DNA of 64,000 nt. Origin: Rhizobacter sp. Its GTDB lineage: Bacteria; Pseudomonadota; Gammaproteobacteria; Burkholderiales; Burkholderiaceae_C. Positions 1-13,738 of this stretch are shown one piece after another (position 1 is the first letter of the stretch; each line of letters starts with the position of its first letter). Under the pieces are notes generated by a model. It worked only from the letters and a program-made list of their open reading frames with translations. It made no database searches and was not told the DNA's origin. The stretch covers positions 19,783-83,782 of the forward strand of contig JBKJJF010000175.1 in NCBI GenBank assembly GCA_046598195.1. Direction: 5' to 3'. The position numbers and the translations under genes were made by a program.

Positions 1-284
1 AAGACGTCCAGCGCAATGATGGTGCCATTCAAGGCACCTGCGGCCGCCGTGCCGGAGCCCACGAACTTGCGACGCACGTACTGGCTCCAGGCCCCAGGCG
101 TGGCGCCCAGATCCACCACCAGCTGGCCGGGGCGGATCAGTTTGAGCGTTTCATCGATTTCCTTGAGCTTGTAGGCCGCTCTCGCCCGGTAGCCCTCTTT
201 GTGGGCCAGCTTCACATAGGTGTCGTTGACGTGGTCATGCAACCACGCCTTGTTGACCTTCTTGCTTTTTGTTTGGGTTTTCAT
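1..284 (-). CDS. rlmE: 23S rRNA U2552 2'-O-methyltransferase RlmE/FtsJ (3' part runs off window)
   Basis: Manual translation from ATG at 284: [45 protein letters not shown]...[14 protein letters not shown]; divergent from yhbY as usual. Confidence 0.93.
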   Translation of the reverse strand, partial: MKTQTKSKKVNKAWLHDHVNDTYVKLAHKEGYRARAAYKLKEIDETLKLIRPGQLVVDLGATPGAWSQYVRRKFVGSGTAAAGALNGTIIALDV

Positions 285-316
285 GAGCCTGCTCTTGGTC
301 AACCGATAATAGAGGC

Positions 317-790
317 ATGCCTGCCATTGAACTCCGCCCCGCCCAGCGCAAAGAAAAACGCGCTGAAGCCCATCACCTCGAACCCGTGATTCGCATTGGT
401 GGAGACGGTCTCACCCCCGCCGTCATCAAGGAAACCGACGCTGCACTCAACGCCCACGGCTTGATCAAGGTGCGCGTCTTTTCCGACGAACGCGAAACCC
501 GCGAGGCCATTCTGGCCCGCCTGAGCGACGAGTTGAACGCCGCGCCCATTCAACACATCGGCAAGCTGCTGGTGCTGTGGCGCCCTGTTCCGCCGAAGGA
601 AAAGGTCGAACGCGAAGGTCGCGGCGCCGGCCCCAAGGTGGTCAAGATCCTCAAGTTCTCCAAGAGCGGCAACCACCGCCCTCAGGTCAAGAAGATCAAT
701 TTGCTGGGCAACCAGCGTATCGCCGCGGGCGGTCAGGTGAAGCGTGCCAAGAAGCGCATCACCAGTGTCAAGCGCACCGCAGCCGAATAA
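317..790 (+). CDS. yhbY: YhbY/CRM-domain RNA-binding protein with basic C-terminal tail
   Basis: [33 protein letters not shown]...[12 protein letters not shown]; adjacent to rlmE. Confidence 0.9.
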   Translation: MPAIELRPAQRKEKRAEAHHLEPVIRIGGDGLTPAVIKETDAALNAHGLIKVRVFSDERETREAILARLSDELNAAPIQHIGKLLVLWRPVPPKEKVEREGRGAGPKVVKILKFSKSGNHRPQVKKINLLGNQRIAAGGQVKRAKKRITSVKRTAAE

Positions 791-799
791 AACGGCCGT

Positions 800-1246
800 C
801 TAAGCCCGCGACAAGCGCCACGCCAGCGCCAGGGCCAGCAGGCCCTTCAACCCGAACATCGCGGCCGACAGGCCATGCAGCGCGCCAAACGACCACAGGC
901 CCTGCCCCGCCCGGGCTGCCACCATCATCGGCTGAACGGCGAAGTAGCCCAACATCGTGCAAAACAGCGTGCCCAGCACCAGCACGACGTTGGTGCTGAA
1001 CACCGAGCCCCGGCCCGCTTCAGCATCCAGTCGGGCCTGCCGACGTTCCAGCAGCAACAGAATCACGCCGACCACCAGGCTGAGATAGGCCTCCTGGGCC
1101 AACATGCGCCCAGCCACGCGACCCGCCACATCAGGCGACAGGTTGGCAAAACCTGCTGGTGCACCGATGGCTGCAATGCCGAGAATCAACCCGGCCCACA
1201 CACCCGCCACGAGGCAGGCCAGACGCCGGCTGTCCAGGTGCTTCAC
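800..1246 (-). CDS. DUF4149-type four-TM membrane protein
   Basis: Hydrophobic segments, AP..F...AG..AG, FGALHGLS motif; usual position between greA and yhbY. Confidence 0.75.
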   Translation of the reverse strand: MKHLDSRRLACLVAGVWAGLILGIAAIGAPAGFANLSPDVAGRVAGRMLAQEAYLSLVVGVILLLLERRQARLDAEAGRGSVFSTNVVLVLGTLFCTMLGYFAVQPMMVAARAGQGLWSFGALHGLSAAMFGLKGLLALALAWRLSRA

Positions 1247-1254
1247 GCGGCGTC

Positions 1255-1731
1255 TCAGATGTAGCGAACCTTGACGATCTCGTAGCTCTTGATGCCGCCT
1301 GGCGCCTGCACCTCCGCCACGGCACCCTCTTCCTTGCCAATGAGAGCACGTGCAATCGGCGAGCCGATAGAGATGCGACCCTGCTTCAAATCGGCTTCGT
1401 CTTCACCGACGATCTGGTAGGTCACGGCAGCGCCTGAGTCTTCGTCTTCCAGATCCACCGTGGCACCAAACACCACCATGCCGCCGGCGTTCAAAGAAGC
1501 GGGGTCGATGATCTGAGCGGCGGCCAGCTTGCCTTCGATTTCCTGGATGCGGCCTTCAATGAAGCCTTGTTTGTCTTTGGCGGCCTCGTACTCGGCGTTT
1601 TCTGACAGATCGCCCTGCGCACGGGCTTCGGAAATCGCCTGCACGACGGAGTGACGCTCCACGGTCTTGAGGCGGTGCAGTTCTTCTTTCAGCAGCTGAG
1701 CGCCGCGTGTGGTGACGGGAATGGTGGCCAT
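1255..1731 (-). CDS. greA: Transcription elongation factor GreA
   Basis: [41 protein letters not shown]. Confidence 0.97.
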   Translation of the reverse strand: MATIPVTTRGAQLLKEELHRLKTVERHSVVQAISEARAQGDLSENAEYEAAKDKQGFIEGRIQEIEGKLAAAQIIDPASLNAGGMVVFGATVDLEDEDSGAAVTYQIVGEDEADLKQGRISIGSPIARALIGKEEGAVAEVQAPGGIKSYEIVKVRYI

Positions 1732-1744
1732 GATCAAACCTTGA

Positions 1745-1794
1745 AACTCAAAATGAGAACCGCCGCCTTCTCCCTCGCAGGAGTTCGGCGGCGG
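1745..1794 (-). terminator. Hairpin plus U-rich tail between carB and greA (terminator/attenuator)
   Basis: CCGCCGCC 1760-1767 / GGCGGCGG 1787-1794 stem, followed on the minus strand by TTCTCATTTTGAGTTT. Confidence 0.55.
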
Positions 1795-1821
1795 CCGATA
1801 CGTTGGACAGATCGCAAAAGT

Positions 1822-5080
<3,259 letters not shown>

Positions 5081-5088
<8 letters not shown>

Positions 5089-6265
5089 TTGTCTTCTTCT
5101 CCTGGCTCTTTTCCATCAGCGCGGTGAAACGGTCGAACAGGTAGGAAATGTCATGCGGTCCGGGGGATGCCTCGGGGTGGCCCTGGAAGCAGAAAGCGGG
5201 TTTGTCGGTGCGGGCCAGGCCTTGCAGCGTGCCGTCAAACAGGCTCACGTGCGTGGGGCGCAGGTTGGCGGGCAGCGTTTTTTCGTCGACAGCAAAGCCG
5301 TGGTTCTGGCTGGTGATGCTCACGCGGCCGGTGTCGAGGTCTTTCACCGGGTGGTTGGCACCGTGGTGGCCAAACTTCATCTTGAAGGTCTTGGCACCCG
5401 ACGCCAGCGCCAAGATCTGGTGCCCCAAGCAAATTCCGAAGGTGGGAATGCCGGCGTCAATGAGTTCGCGGGCTGCACGGATGGCGTAGTCGCAGGGCTC
5501 GGGGTCGCCAGGGCCGTTGCTCAAGAAGATGCCGTCGGGCTTGCGCGCCTGCACGTCGGCTGACGAGGTCTGTGCGGGCACCACCGTCACCTTGCAGCCG
5601 CGGCTGGCCAGCATGCGCAGGATGTTGCGCTTGACTCCGAAGTCGTAGGCCACCACGTGAAAGCGCGGCGACTTCAACTCGCCGTAACCGCCTTCGAGCT
5701 GCCATTCGGTTTCGGTCCACTCGGTGACGCCGGATTGAGTCACCACCTTGGCGAGATCGAGCCCACTCATGGACGCAGCCGCTTTTGCAAGCGAGATGGC
5801 TTTGTCGGCGTGGGCTGAAGTCAGCGCCTCACCAAGCGGCAGCGTGAGGATGCAGCCGTTTTGCGCCCCCTTGCTGCGCAGCATACGTGTGAGGCGACGT
5901 GTGTCGATATTGGCGATGGCCACCGTGCCCTCAGCCTTGAGGTAGTCCGACAAGCCAACGGTCTGGCGAAAGTTGGACGCGATGAGGGACAGGTCTTTGA
6001 TGATCAAACCGGCGGCGTGAACCTGGGTCGACTCGACATCTTCGGTGTTGATACCGTAGTTGCCGATGTGTGGATAGGTCAGCGTGACGATCTGGCGGCA
6101 GTAGCTCGGGTCGGTGAGGATTTCCTGGTAGCCGGTGAGTGCGGTGTTGAACACCACCTCGCCAACAGTTTGACCGGTGGCACCGATCGACACGCCCTGG
6201 AAGACCGTTCCGTCCGCGAGTGCTAGAAGAGCCTGAGCTTGGTTTGGCAGCAATGGCGGGGGCAC
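5081..6265 (-). CDS. carA: Carbamoyl-phosphate synthase small subunit
   Basis: [40 protein letters not shown]; GTG at 6265 has GGAG 6 nt upstream. Confidence 0.97.
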
Positions 6266-6401
6266 ACGATTCTCCGATTTGTGCGCGCCCAGCTCTGCTC
6301 TTCGAGCACGAGACCGGTTGAGAAAACTGGGGGAGTTTTCGGCAGGAAACAGCGAGAGAGTCGCTGGGCGGGTGGGGTTGCGGGTAAACCTTCGTATTGT
6401 A
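6266..6401 (-). promoter_or_regulatory. carA promoter (-10 TACAAT at 6396-6401) and structured 5' leader
   Basis: -10 hexamer plus several stems with alternative pairing (see findings). Confidence 0.5.
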
Positions 6402-6544
6402 CCCGAGGGTAGAGACCCCAAGCCCCCCCTAGACGAGTAGGAACGCTTATCGTTTCTAGAGTCCCGTGCAGACTTTGGGGGAAGCAGGTCAAGTCCATCA
6501 CACGCTCACATAATTCGAGCTGAACAAAACCGGAGGAGTGACAC

Positions 6545-7027
6545 ATGAAGGGCGACCCCAAGGTCATCGAGCTGCTCAACGCTCAATTGAAGAATGAGCT
6601 CACCGCCATCAACCAGTACTTCTTGCACTACCGCATGCTGAAGCACTGGGGCCTGGACAAACTGGCCGCCAAGGAATACGCCGAGTCGATCGGCGAAATG
6701 AAGCATGCCGACCGTTTGATGGATCGCATCTTCACGCTCGACGGTCTGCCCAACTTGCAAGATCTGGGCAAGCTGCTGGTCGGTGAGGACACGGTAGAAA
6801 TCCTCAACTGCGACTTGAAGTCGGAGATGGGCGCGCAAGCAACCATCAAGGATGGCATCGCACACTGCGAAGCGGTGCGTGACTACGTGTCACGCGACCT
6901 GCTGCAAGACATCCTCGACGACACCGAGGAACACATCGACTTCCTAGAAACCCAGATCGAGCTGGTCGACAAGGTTGGCCTGCAGAACTACCTGCAGTCG
7001 CAAATGGGCGAGCCTTCGTCGTCTTGA
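6545..7027 (+). CDS. bfr: Bacterioferritin
   Basis: MKGDPKVIELLN..L..ELTAINQYFLH, EMKHAD, EEHIDFLE; GGAG RBS. Confidence 0.97.
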   Translation: MKGDPKVIELLNAQLKNELTAINQYFLHYRMLKHWGLDKLAAKEYAESIGEMKHADRLMDRIFTLDGLPNLQDLGKLLVGEDTVEILNCDLKSEMGAQATIKDGIAHCEAVRDYVSRDLLQDILDDTEEHIDFLETQIELVDKVGLQNYLQSQMGEPSSS

Positions 7028-7070
7028 TCTGCGTCTAAACCCTTGCGCGAGCCGGGGGTTTGGCGACAAC

Positions 7071-7094
7071 TTGAATTACGAATCATTCCTATTT
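7071..7094. promoter_or_regulatory. Candidate Fur box upstream of bfd
   Basis: AT-rich TTGAATTACGAATCATTCCTATTT resembles the GATAATGATAATCATTATC consensus; bfd genes are commonly Fur-repressed. Confidence 0.6.
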
Positions 7095-7139
7095 ATGATC
7101 GTGTCCAACGGCCTGAAGTCGGGGCCTTGGAGCGATTTC

Positions 7140-7358
7140 ATGATTGTTTGTGTCTGCCAACGTGTATCTGACCGCGACATCGAACGCCATGCCCGCAATG
7201 GCTGCGCGAGCTTTGACGAGCTTCAAATGGATTCCGGCGTAGCGTCTTGCTGCGGGCGCTGCACCGATTGCGCGCGCGATGTGTTCGAGTCGGCTCGGGC
7301 CTCTGGTCACCGGGTTCACGGCCCCGTTCACCACGCCTTGATCCCCGCGGCGGCCTGA
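7140..7358 (+). CDS. bfd: Bacterioferritin-associated [2Fe-2S] ferredoxin
   Basis: MIVCVCQRVSD...GVASCCGRC motif; next to bfr. Confidence 0.9.
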   Translation: MIVCVCQRVSDRDIERHARNGCASFDELQMDSGVASCCGRCTDCARDVFESARASGHRVHGPVHHALIPAAA

Positions 7359-7374
7359 GCCTCAGGCCCGCGGG

Positions 7375-7776
7375 TCACAGGGCGGCGATACCCGCCTTCG
7401 CCACCTGAGCGTCTTCGCTGGCCTTCACCCCGCTGACACCCACCGCCCCCACACACTGCCCCTGCACCATGATGGGTACCCCACCTTCCAGCAGGCCGCG
7501 CACCTCGGGCGCGCTCAGGAAGGCATTGCGCCCCTGGTTGATCATGTCCTCGTAGACCTTGCTCTCGCGTTGGCCGAGCGCTGCGGTGTGCGCCTTCGCC
7601 GGTGCGATATGAGCAGAAATGGGCGCTGCGCCGTCCAGCCGCTGCAGCCACAGCAGGTGGCCACCGTCGTCAACGATGGCGATGGTCACAGCCCATCCAC
7701 GGCTCAGCGCCTCGGCTTCAGCAGCGGCTGCAACCCGCTTGACGTCGTCCAGGCCCAACATTGTTTTGGTCTTCAT
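7375..7776 (-). CDS. GlcG/HbpS-family heme-binding protein
   Basis: AIVDDGG...RLDGA...A..KA.TA, GGVPI...VGAVGVSG...ED. Confidence 0.88.
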   Translation of the reverse strand: MKTKTMLGLDDVKRVAAAAEAEALSRGWAVTIAIVDDGGHLLWLQRLDGAAPISAHIAPAKAHTAALGQRESKVYEDMINQGRNAFLSAPEVRGLLEGGVPIMVQGQCVGAVGVSGVKASEDAQVAKAGIAAL

Positions 7777-7927
7777 GATGCGTGCTCCCGTTGTTGTGGG
7801 GTCACCCAGCATGCCTCATGCCCGGCCGGGCAGGTTTTGGCGAATGCCGCAGCGCATCAGTGGGGAACCAGAACCCGGCCGGCCGGGTCTGATTCCGCAT
7901 AGCGTTCACATCAAGGAGACTTCTTTC

Positions 7928-8629
7928 ATGAACGACAACCTGCAAACCGCTTATGGCTTGACTGGTTCGGTGAGCACCGCCGACCAACGCAACCGTGTGC
8001 TTCGCAACACCTATTGGTTGTTGGCGCTTTCGATGATCCCCACCGTGCTCGGCTCCTGGGTCGGCAAGCAAATGGGTTTCAGCTGGTTCGCCGCCAACCC
8101 CTTCATCGGCTTCATGGTGTTCATGGGCGTGGCCTTTGGCTTCTTCTTTGCCATCGAGAAGACCAAGAACTCCGGCCTGGGCGTCGTGCTGCTACTGGCC
8201 TTCACCTTCTTCATGGGCCTGATGCTCTCGCGTCTGCTCGGCGGCATCCTGGGCAACTTCCGCAACGGCAGCCAGCTGATCGCCATGGCCTTCGGCGGCA
8301 CCGCGCTGGTGTTCTTCGGCATGGCCACCCTGGCCTCCACCATGAAGCGAGACATCTCAGGCATGGGCAAGTGGCTATTCGTCGGCCTGATCGGCATCGT
8401 TGTTGCCAGCGTTGCCAACATCTGGCTGCAAATGCCGGCGCTGATGATGACGGTGTCGGTGCTGGCGGTGCTCATCTTCTCGGCCTACATGCTGTACGAC
8501 CTCAAGCGTGTGGTGGACGGTGGCGAGACCAACTACGTCACGGCCACGCTGGCGATCTACCTGGACGTCTACAACGTCTTCGTGCACCTGCTGAGCCTGC
8601 TCGGCATCTTTGGTGGCGAGCGCGATTGA
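7928..8629 (+). CDS. Bax inhibitor-1/YccA-family membrane protein
   Basis: NRVLRNTYWLL, seven TM segments, GGETNY..AT..IYLD.YN.F. Confidence 0.92.
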   Translation: MNDNLQTAYGLTGSVSTADQRNRVLRNTYWLLALSMIPTVLGSWVGKQMGFSWFAANPFIGFMVFMGVAFGFFFAIEKTKNSGLGVVLLLAFTFFMGLMLSRLLGGILGNFRNGSQLIAMAFGGTALVFFGMATLASTMKRDISGMGKWLFVGLIGIVVASVANIWLQMPALMMTVSVLAVLIFSAYMLYDLKRVVDGGETNYVTATLAIYLDVYNVFVHLLSLLGIFGGERD

Positions 8630-8664
8630 CGCCTGTCGGCAGGTAGGTTGCAGGAGACGATAGC

Positions 8665-8692
8665 GGGGCCCTTCGGGGCCCCTTCTCTTTTT
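8665..8692 (+). terminator. Intrinsic terminator
   Basis: GGGGCCC-TTCG-GGGCCCC followed by TTCTCTTTTT between convergent genes. Confidence 0.8.
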
Positions 8693-8694
8693 GC

Positions 8695-10032
8695 TCAGTC
8701 TTTTTCGAAAACCGCCATGCTCTCCACGTGAGCCGTGTGCGGGAACATGTTGATCGCGCCCGCCGCCACACAGCGGTAGCCGGCCTGGTGCACCAACAAG
8801 CCAGCATCGCGGGCCAGCGTGGCGGGGTTGCAGCTCACGTAAACGATGCGGCTCGGAGGCTGAAAGCCCTCGACAGGCGTGGCAGCCAAATCGACCAAGG
8901 CCTTGGCCAAGGCAAACGCCCCTTCGCGTGGCGGGTCGACCAGCCATTTGTCTGCCACGCCGTACCTGGCCAGTTCCTCGGGCGTGATCTCGAACAGGTT
9001 GCTCGCCACAAAGCTCGTTTTGGCAGACTTGCCATTGAGCGCCGCGTTGTCACGTGAGCGCGTCACCAACGCCTCGCTGCCTTCGATGCCCAGCACCTCA
9101 CGCGCCTGCGTGGCAATCGGCAACGTGAAGTTGCCCAGCCCGCAAAACCAATCGATCACCCGCTCGTTCGGCCTGGCATCCAACAGCCGCAAGGCACGGC
9201 TGACAAGCACCCGGTTGATATGGTGATTGACCTGCGTGAAGTCGGTGGGTTTGAACGGCATCGTGATACCGAACTCGGGCAACGTGTAGGCCAGTTGTGG
9301 CCCAACCGCATCGAGCAAATGAACGGTGTCGGGGCCCTTGGGTTGCAGCCACCACTGAACGCTGTGCTGGGCGGCAAACTCGCGCAGCCGCTGCAGGTCA
9401 GGCGCACTCAGCGGCTCCAGATGGCGCAACACCAGAGCCGTAACGTCGTCACCCACCGCTACTTCAATTTGCGGCAGACGGTCTCGCTGGTCCATGCCGG
9501 CGATCAGGTTGCGCAGCGGCACCAGCATCGCGCTCAGGTGGGGCGGCAACACCTCGCAGCTGTCCATGTCGGCCACGTAGCTCGACTTGCGCTCATGAAA
9601 GCCCACCAGCACGCGCTCTTTCTTGACCACATAGCGCACCGACAAGCGCGCCCGGTAGCGGTAGCCCCAGGCCGGCCCTTCGATCGGGCGCAACACACGC
9701 TCGGGCTTGACCTTGCCCAGGTGCCACAACGCGTCTTCGAGCGCGCGCTGTTTGGTCGCCACCTGTGCGCCCATATGAAAGTGCTGCATCTTGCAGCCGC
9801 CGCAGGTGCCGAAATGGCGGCAACCGGGCGTCACACGCTGTGAGCTTTCGCGGCGCAGCGCCACCATCGTGGCCTGCTCCCAGTTGTTTTTCTTGCGCTG
9901 CACGCTGACAAGCACTTCTTCGCCGGGCAAAGCCCCGTCGATGAAAACCACCTTGCCTTCGGCGTTGTGCGCCACTCCTTGTGCTTCGAGGTCGAGTGAC
10001 TCGACCTTCAGCCATTCATCTGCTGCTGTCAT
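8695..10032 (-). CDS. rlmD: 23S rRNA m5U1939 methyltransferase
   Basis: TRAM domain, C..F..CGGC Fe-S motif, [30 protein letters not shown]. Confidence 0.95.
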   Translation of the reverse strand: MTAADEWLKVESLDLEAQGVAHNAEGKVVFIDGALPGEEVLVSVQRKKNNWEQATMVALRRESSQRVTPGCRHFGTCGGCKMQHFHMGAQVATKQRALEDALWHLGKVKPERVLRPIEGPAWGYRYRARLSVRYVVKKERVLVGFHERKSSYVADMDSCEVLPPHLSAMLVPLRNLIAGMDQRDRLPQIEVAVGDDVTALVLRHLEPLSAPDLQRLREFAAQHSVQWWLQPKGPDTVHLLDAVGPQLAYTLPEFGITMPFKPTDFTQVNHHINRVLVSRALRLLDARPNERVIDWFCGLGNFTLPIATQAREVLGIEGSEALVTRSRDNAALNGKSAKTSFVASNLFEITPEELARYGVADKWLVDPPREGAFALAKALVDLAATPVEGFQPPSRIVYVSCNPATLARDAGLLVHQAGYRCVAAGAINMFPHTAHVESMAVFEKD

Positions 10033-10062
10033 GGGACCGATTGTCTCAGCCCACAAGCCACC

Positions 10063-11079
10063 TCAAAAAAGCGAGTCGCGGCTGATGCCGCTGCGCACCA
10101 TGCGGCGCTTGAGCTTGATCAGCGCCTCTTGCTGGATCTGCCGGATGCGCTCTCGTGTCAGGCCCAAACGCTCGGCCAGCACCTCCAGCGTCTCGGGCTC
10201 GCGGTCACGCAAGCCGTAGCGGCCGGCGAGCACCTCACGCTCGCGCTCGTTGAGTTCGTCCAGGCCGTGCTGCAACAGCACCTCGACCTCGTTGTGTAGC
10301 GTCAGGCTGGCCGGGTCGCTCGCTCCGTCGTCGGCCACGCTGTCGAGCATGGACTCGGAGCCTTCGCGATCCAATGGGGCATCGAGCGAAGCCGGTGTTT
10401 CCGAGAACTTCAGCAGCTCGCTCACCTCCTGCACCGGGCGGCCCAGGCGGGCGGCAATGTCTTCAACACGCACGGGCTGCTCACCATCGGCGTGTGTTGC
10501 TTCGGCTTCGAGGGCACGGCGTGCCTTGAGCACGTGGTTGAGCTCGCGCACCACATGCACCGGCAGCCGCACCAGCCGGGCCTGGTGCATGATTGCCCGC
10601 TCTATGCTTTGGCGAATCCACCACGACGAGTAGGTCGAAAAACGGAAGCCCCGCTCCGGCTCAAACTTGCCGATGGCGTGCATCAACCCGAGGTTGCCCT
10701 CTTCGATCAGGTCGGTCATGGGCAGGCCACGGCCGAGGTAGTTTTTGGCGATGCTCACCACCAGGCGCAGGTTGCGCTCGATCATCTCTTGCCGGGCGGC
10801 AAAGTCACCCGCGCGCGCGCGGGTGGCGGTCTCGAACTCTTCTTGCGGCGTGAGCAGCGGCGCGCGGCGGATCTCGCGCAGGTAGGTCTGCAAAGTGTTG
10901 CCGACCTCACCGTCTCCGGCGGCGATGCTGGCGGGGGCGTCGTCAGACTGTGGCTCTGCCCCGTCGGCACCATGCTCCCCCGCCACCTGCAACACCGACT
11001 GCAGGCTCGGCGGTAAAAACGTGGGCGGTACCGCGGTGTCCGCTGCCAGCCCATTCCCCGTGTGGCGCTTCTTGCTCAT
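10063..11079 (-). CDS. rpoS: RNA polymerase sigma factor RpoS
   Basis: [36 protein letters not shown]; directly downstream of nlpD. Confidence 0.9.
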   Translation of the reverse strand: MSKKRHTGNGLAADTAVPPTFLPPSLQSVLQVAGEHGADGAEPQSDDAPASIAAGDGEVGNTLQTYLREIRRAPLLTPQEEFETATRARAGDFAARQEMIERNLRLVVSIAKNYLGRGLPMTDLIEEGNLGLMHAIGKFEPERGFRFSTYSSWWIRQSIERAIMHQARLVRLPVHVVRELNHVLKARRALEAEATHADGEQPVRVEDIAARLGRPVQEVSELLKFSETPASLDAPLDREGSESMLDSVADDGASDPASLTLHNEVEVLLQHGLDELNEREREVLAGRYGLRDREPETLEVLAERLGLTRERIRQIQQEALIKLKRRMVRSGISRDSLF

Positions 11080-11122
11080 GGTGTGGCACGGTCAAACGGG
11101 TCAGCGGGTGCAGGGCCGCGCG

Positions 11123-12094
11123 TCAGCGCGGTGGCAGGAGCTTGGCCGGGTCGATTGGCTTGCCCTGCTTACGGATCTCAAAATGCAGTTGCACCCGCTC
11201 AGCGTCGGTCGCCCCCATCTCGGCGATCTTCTGCCCGCGCTTGACCGCTTGCTCTTCCTTGACCAGCAAGGACTGGTTGTGGGCGTACGCGGTGAGGTAG
11301 GTGTTGTTGTGCTTGATGATGACCAAATTACCGTAACCGCGCAGGCCCGAGCCCGCATACACCACCTTGCCATCGGCGGCGGCGCTCACCGGGTCGCCGG
11401 CCTTGCCGGCGATGGCCAAGCCCTTGGTGCGCGTCTCGTCAAATGCGCCCACGATGGCGCCCTTCGCAGGCCATAGCCAGTTGATGTCTTCGTCGCCTTC
11501 ACGTGCCACCGGCGGTGTCGGCAAGACCGGTGGCGGGGGCGCAGGCGGCGTGGCAGTGGCAGCAGGCACGGCGGCGGATGCAGCTGGTGCGGTCTGGCTC
11601 CGAGGAGCATCCAGCGGGCGCGTTTCAAGCTTGGCGGTGGTCACGGGGCGTGTGGCCACGGCATTGGGGTCGGCCCCGGGCGCCACCACACGCAACACTT
11701 GCCCCACCTCGATCACATTCGGGTTCTCGAGGTTGTTCCACTTGAGGATGTCTTTCCAGCTCTGCCCGGTTTCCAGGCCGACGCGGATCAGCGTGTCGCC
11801 CGGTTTCACCATGTAGAAGCCGGGCTTGCCGACGTTTTCAGCGCCTGGCATCACCTTGCCGGATTCGCCCGGCAGGGCCAGCACGGCCGGGGCGACCACG
11901 GTGGTCGGAGCGGTCGGCGCTGTGATCGGCCGGTTGAGCACCGAGCGGTCTTCAACCGGCGCGCGGTATTTGTCGGGAGCGGCGCAACCTGCGAGCACCA
12001 GCAGCGTCACCGCGGACACAAGCCGCACCCACGCAACACAGCGGGCGTCGTGCGCTTCGCTGGATATGCATCCCATCATGGCCTGCGTCATCAA
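11123..12094 (-). CDS. nlpD: LysM/M23 lipoprotein NlpD
   Basis: LAGC lipobox, LysM (VKPGDTL), M23 (GYGNLVIIKHNN.YLTAYAHN, LHFEIR); exact start uncertain. Confidence 0.92.
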   Translation of the reverse strand: MMTQAMMGCISSEAHDARCVAWVRLVSAVTLLVLAGCAAPDKYRAPVEDRSVLNRPITAPTAPTTVVAPAVLALPGESGKVMPGAENVGKPGFYMVKPGDTLIRVGLETGQSWKDILKWNNLENPNVIEVGQVLRVVAPGADPNAVATRPVTTAKLETRPLDAPRSQTAPAASAAVPAATATPPAPPPPVLPTPPVAREGDEDINWLWPAKGAIVGAFDETRTKGLAIAGKAGDPVSAAADGKVVYAGSGLRGYGNLVIIKHNNTYLTAYAHNQSLLVKEEQAVKRGQKIAEMGATDAERVQLHFEIRKQGKPIDPAKLLPPR

Positions 12095-12900
12095 TCCGTT
12101 CCTGATTTTAGAGGGACGAAGTTCACGGCCTCATGCACTGAGCGCTCGTAAGCTTCTTCTGTTCGATCCACCACCACCAGCACCTGGCGACGCCCGCTCG
12201 CATCGTGCACCGGGGCCACCAGACGCCCTCCCACCGCAAGCTGGGCAAGCCACGCATCGGGCAGAGATTCGCCGCCTGCCGCGGCAATGATGCTGTCATA
12301 GGGGGCATTTGGAGGGTGCCCTCGCATGCCGTCACCATACACCAGCCGGATATTCGTCAAACGCAAGGGTGCGAGCAACTCGCGGGCCTTGTCGTGCAGC
12401 GGCTTGAGTCGCTCGACGCTCATCACCTGGCGCGACAACTGCGCGAGCACCGCCGCCTGGTACCCACAGCCGGTGCCGATCTCCAGCGTGTGCCCGAGCG
12501 CGCGGCGGGTGCGCGCGCCAGCGCCATTCATCAGCAGCTCGATCATGCGCGCCACCACCGAAGGCTTGGAGATGGTCTGCCCAAGACCGATGGGCAGGCT
12601 GGTGTCTTCGTAGGCCTGTGTGGCCAAGGCCGTATCGACGAACAAGTGGCGTGGCACCTTGGCCAGCGCCGCCATCACCAGCTCGTCGCGCAAGCCAGCG
12701 GCGTGCAGCTTGGTGACCATGCGCTGGCGCACGTCGGCGGAATCAAGCCCCAGCCCTGAGGGCCTGACGCTGCGCGCCGAATCCACAGCGGCTTGCCGCA
12801 AAGGCTGTTGCGGTCGCAACAGCGAACCCTTCTTGGGCGAACCGCCCAAGCCGTCAAGCCGGAGCGGGAACTTGGGGCGCGGGCGCTCCGGTGTGCTCAT
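12091..12900 (-). CDS. pcm: Protein-L-isoaspartate O-methyltransferase
   Basis: [30 protein letters not shown]. Confidence 0.94.
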   Translation of the reverse strand: MSTPERPRPKFPLRLDGLGGSPKKGSLLRPQQPLRQAAVDSARSVRPSGLGLDSADVRQRMVTKLHAAGLRDELVMAALAKVPRHLFVDTALATQAYEDTSLPIGLGQTISKPSVVARMIELLMNGAGARTRRALGHTLEIGTGCGYQAAVLAQLSRQVMSVERLKPLHDKARELLAPLRLTNIRLVYGDGMRGHPPNAPYDSIIAAAGGESLPDAWLAQLAVGGRLVAPVHDASGRRQVLVVVDRTEEAYERSVHEAVNFVPLKSGTD

Positions 12901-13643
12901 GGGTTCACCCACTCGCGCCAAGCGGGCAAACCGGCGTGGTCGGTCAGGTCAACTTGCAACGGTGTGATCGACACCCGGCCGTTTGCCGTGGCGTGAAAAT
13001 CGGTGCCGGCCGCGGCGTCTCGGGCATCCCCGGCGGGCCCGATCCAATAGATGGGCTCACCGCGCGGGTTGGTCTGGCGGATCACCGACTGGCTCGCGTG
13101 GCGCCGACCCAGTCGCGTGACTTCACGCAGCAACGACAGCGCGTCTGCACGGTTGGGAATGTTCACGTTCAACAGCCACGGGCCGGTTGCAGGCGGCGTC
13201 TTCAACACCTGCTCGACCACCGCACGGGCCACTTGGGCGGCGGCATCCACATGCGCCCAGCCCTTCTCGACCTGCGAAAACGCAATCGCAGGGATGCCGA
13301 AGAGAAAACCTTCCATCGCCGCAGCCACCGTGCCTGAATACAAGGTGTCATCACCCATGTTGGCGCCGTTGTTGATGCCCGAGAGCACCAGATCCGGCCG
13401 GTGCGGCAACAAGCCGGTGAGGGCCACGTGCACACAGTCTGACGGTGTGCCGTTGAAGTAGCGAAAGCCATTGGCCGCGGTGAACGCCGACAGCGGCCGG
13501 TTCAGCGTGAGCGAGTTCGAAGTGCCACTCGCGTTTTGCTCGGGCGCCACCACGTCGATCTCGCCCAGCCCTTCGCAGGCTTTCACCAGCGCCGCGAGGC
13601 CCGGTGCGAGATAACCATCGTCGTTGGCAATGAGAATGCGCAT
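12897..13643 (-). CDS. surE: 5'/3'-nucleotidase SurE
   Basis: [35 protein letters not shown]. Confidence 0.97.
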   Translation of the reverse strand: MRILIANDDGYLAPGLAALVKACEGLGEIDVVAPEQNASGTSNSLTLNRPLSAFTAANGFRYFNGTPSDCVHVALTGLLPHRPDLVLSGINNGANMGDDTLYSGTVAAAMEGFLFGIPAIAFSQVEKGWAHVDAAAQVARAVVEQVLKTPPATGPWLLNVNIPNRADALSLLREVTRLGRRHASQSVIRQTNPRGEPIYWIGPAGDARDAAAGTDFHATANGRVSITPLQVDLTDHAGLPAWREWVNP

Positions 13644-13738
13644 GGCCACGATTGTAGGGACTCGTCACCTGCGTGACGCGCCATCAGCGGCTGCGCTGCT
13701 TATCATCATCGACTGCACAAAACCCGATGGAGACGAAC

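Noticed and set aside
6266-6421. Extended CarA N-terminus in the ORF track
   Set aside because: RBS and -10 positions support the GTG at 6265; the upstream region is better explained as a leader.
7821-7887. CCGGCCGG palindromes upstream of the yccA-like gene
   Set aside because: Short, GC-only and expected by chance at this base composition.
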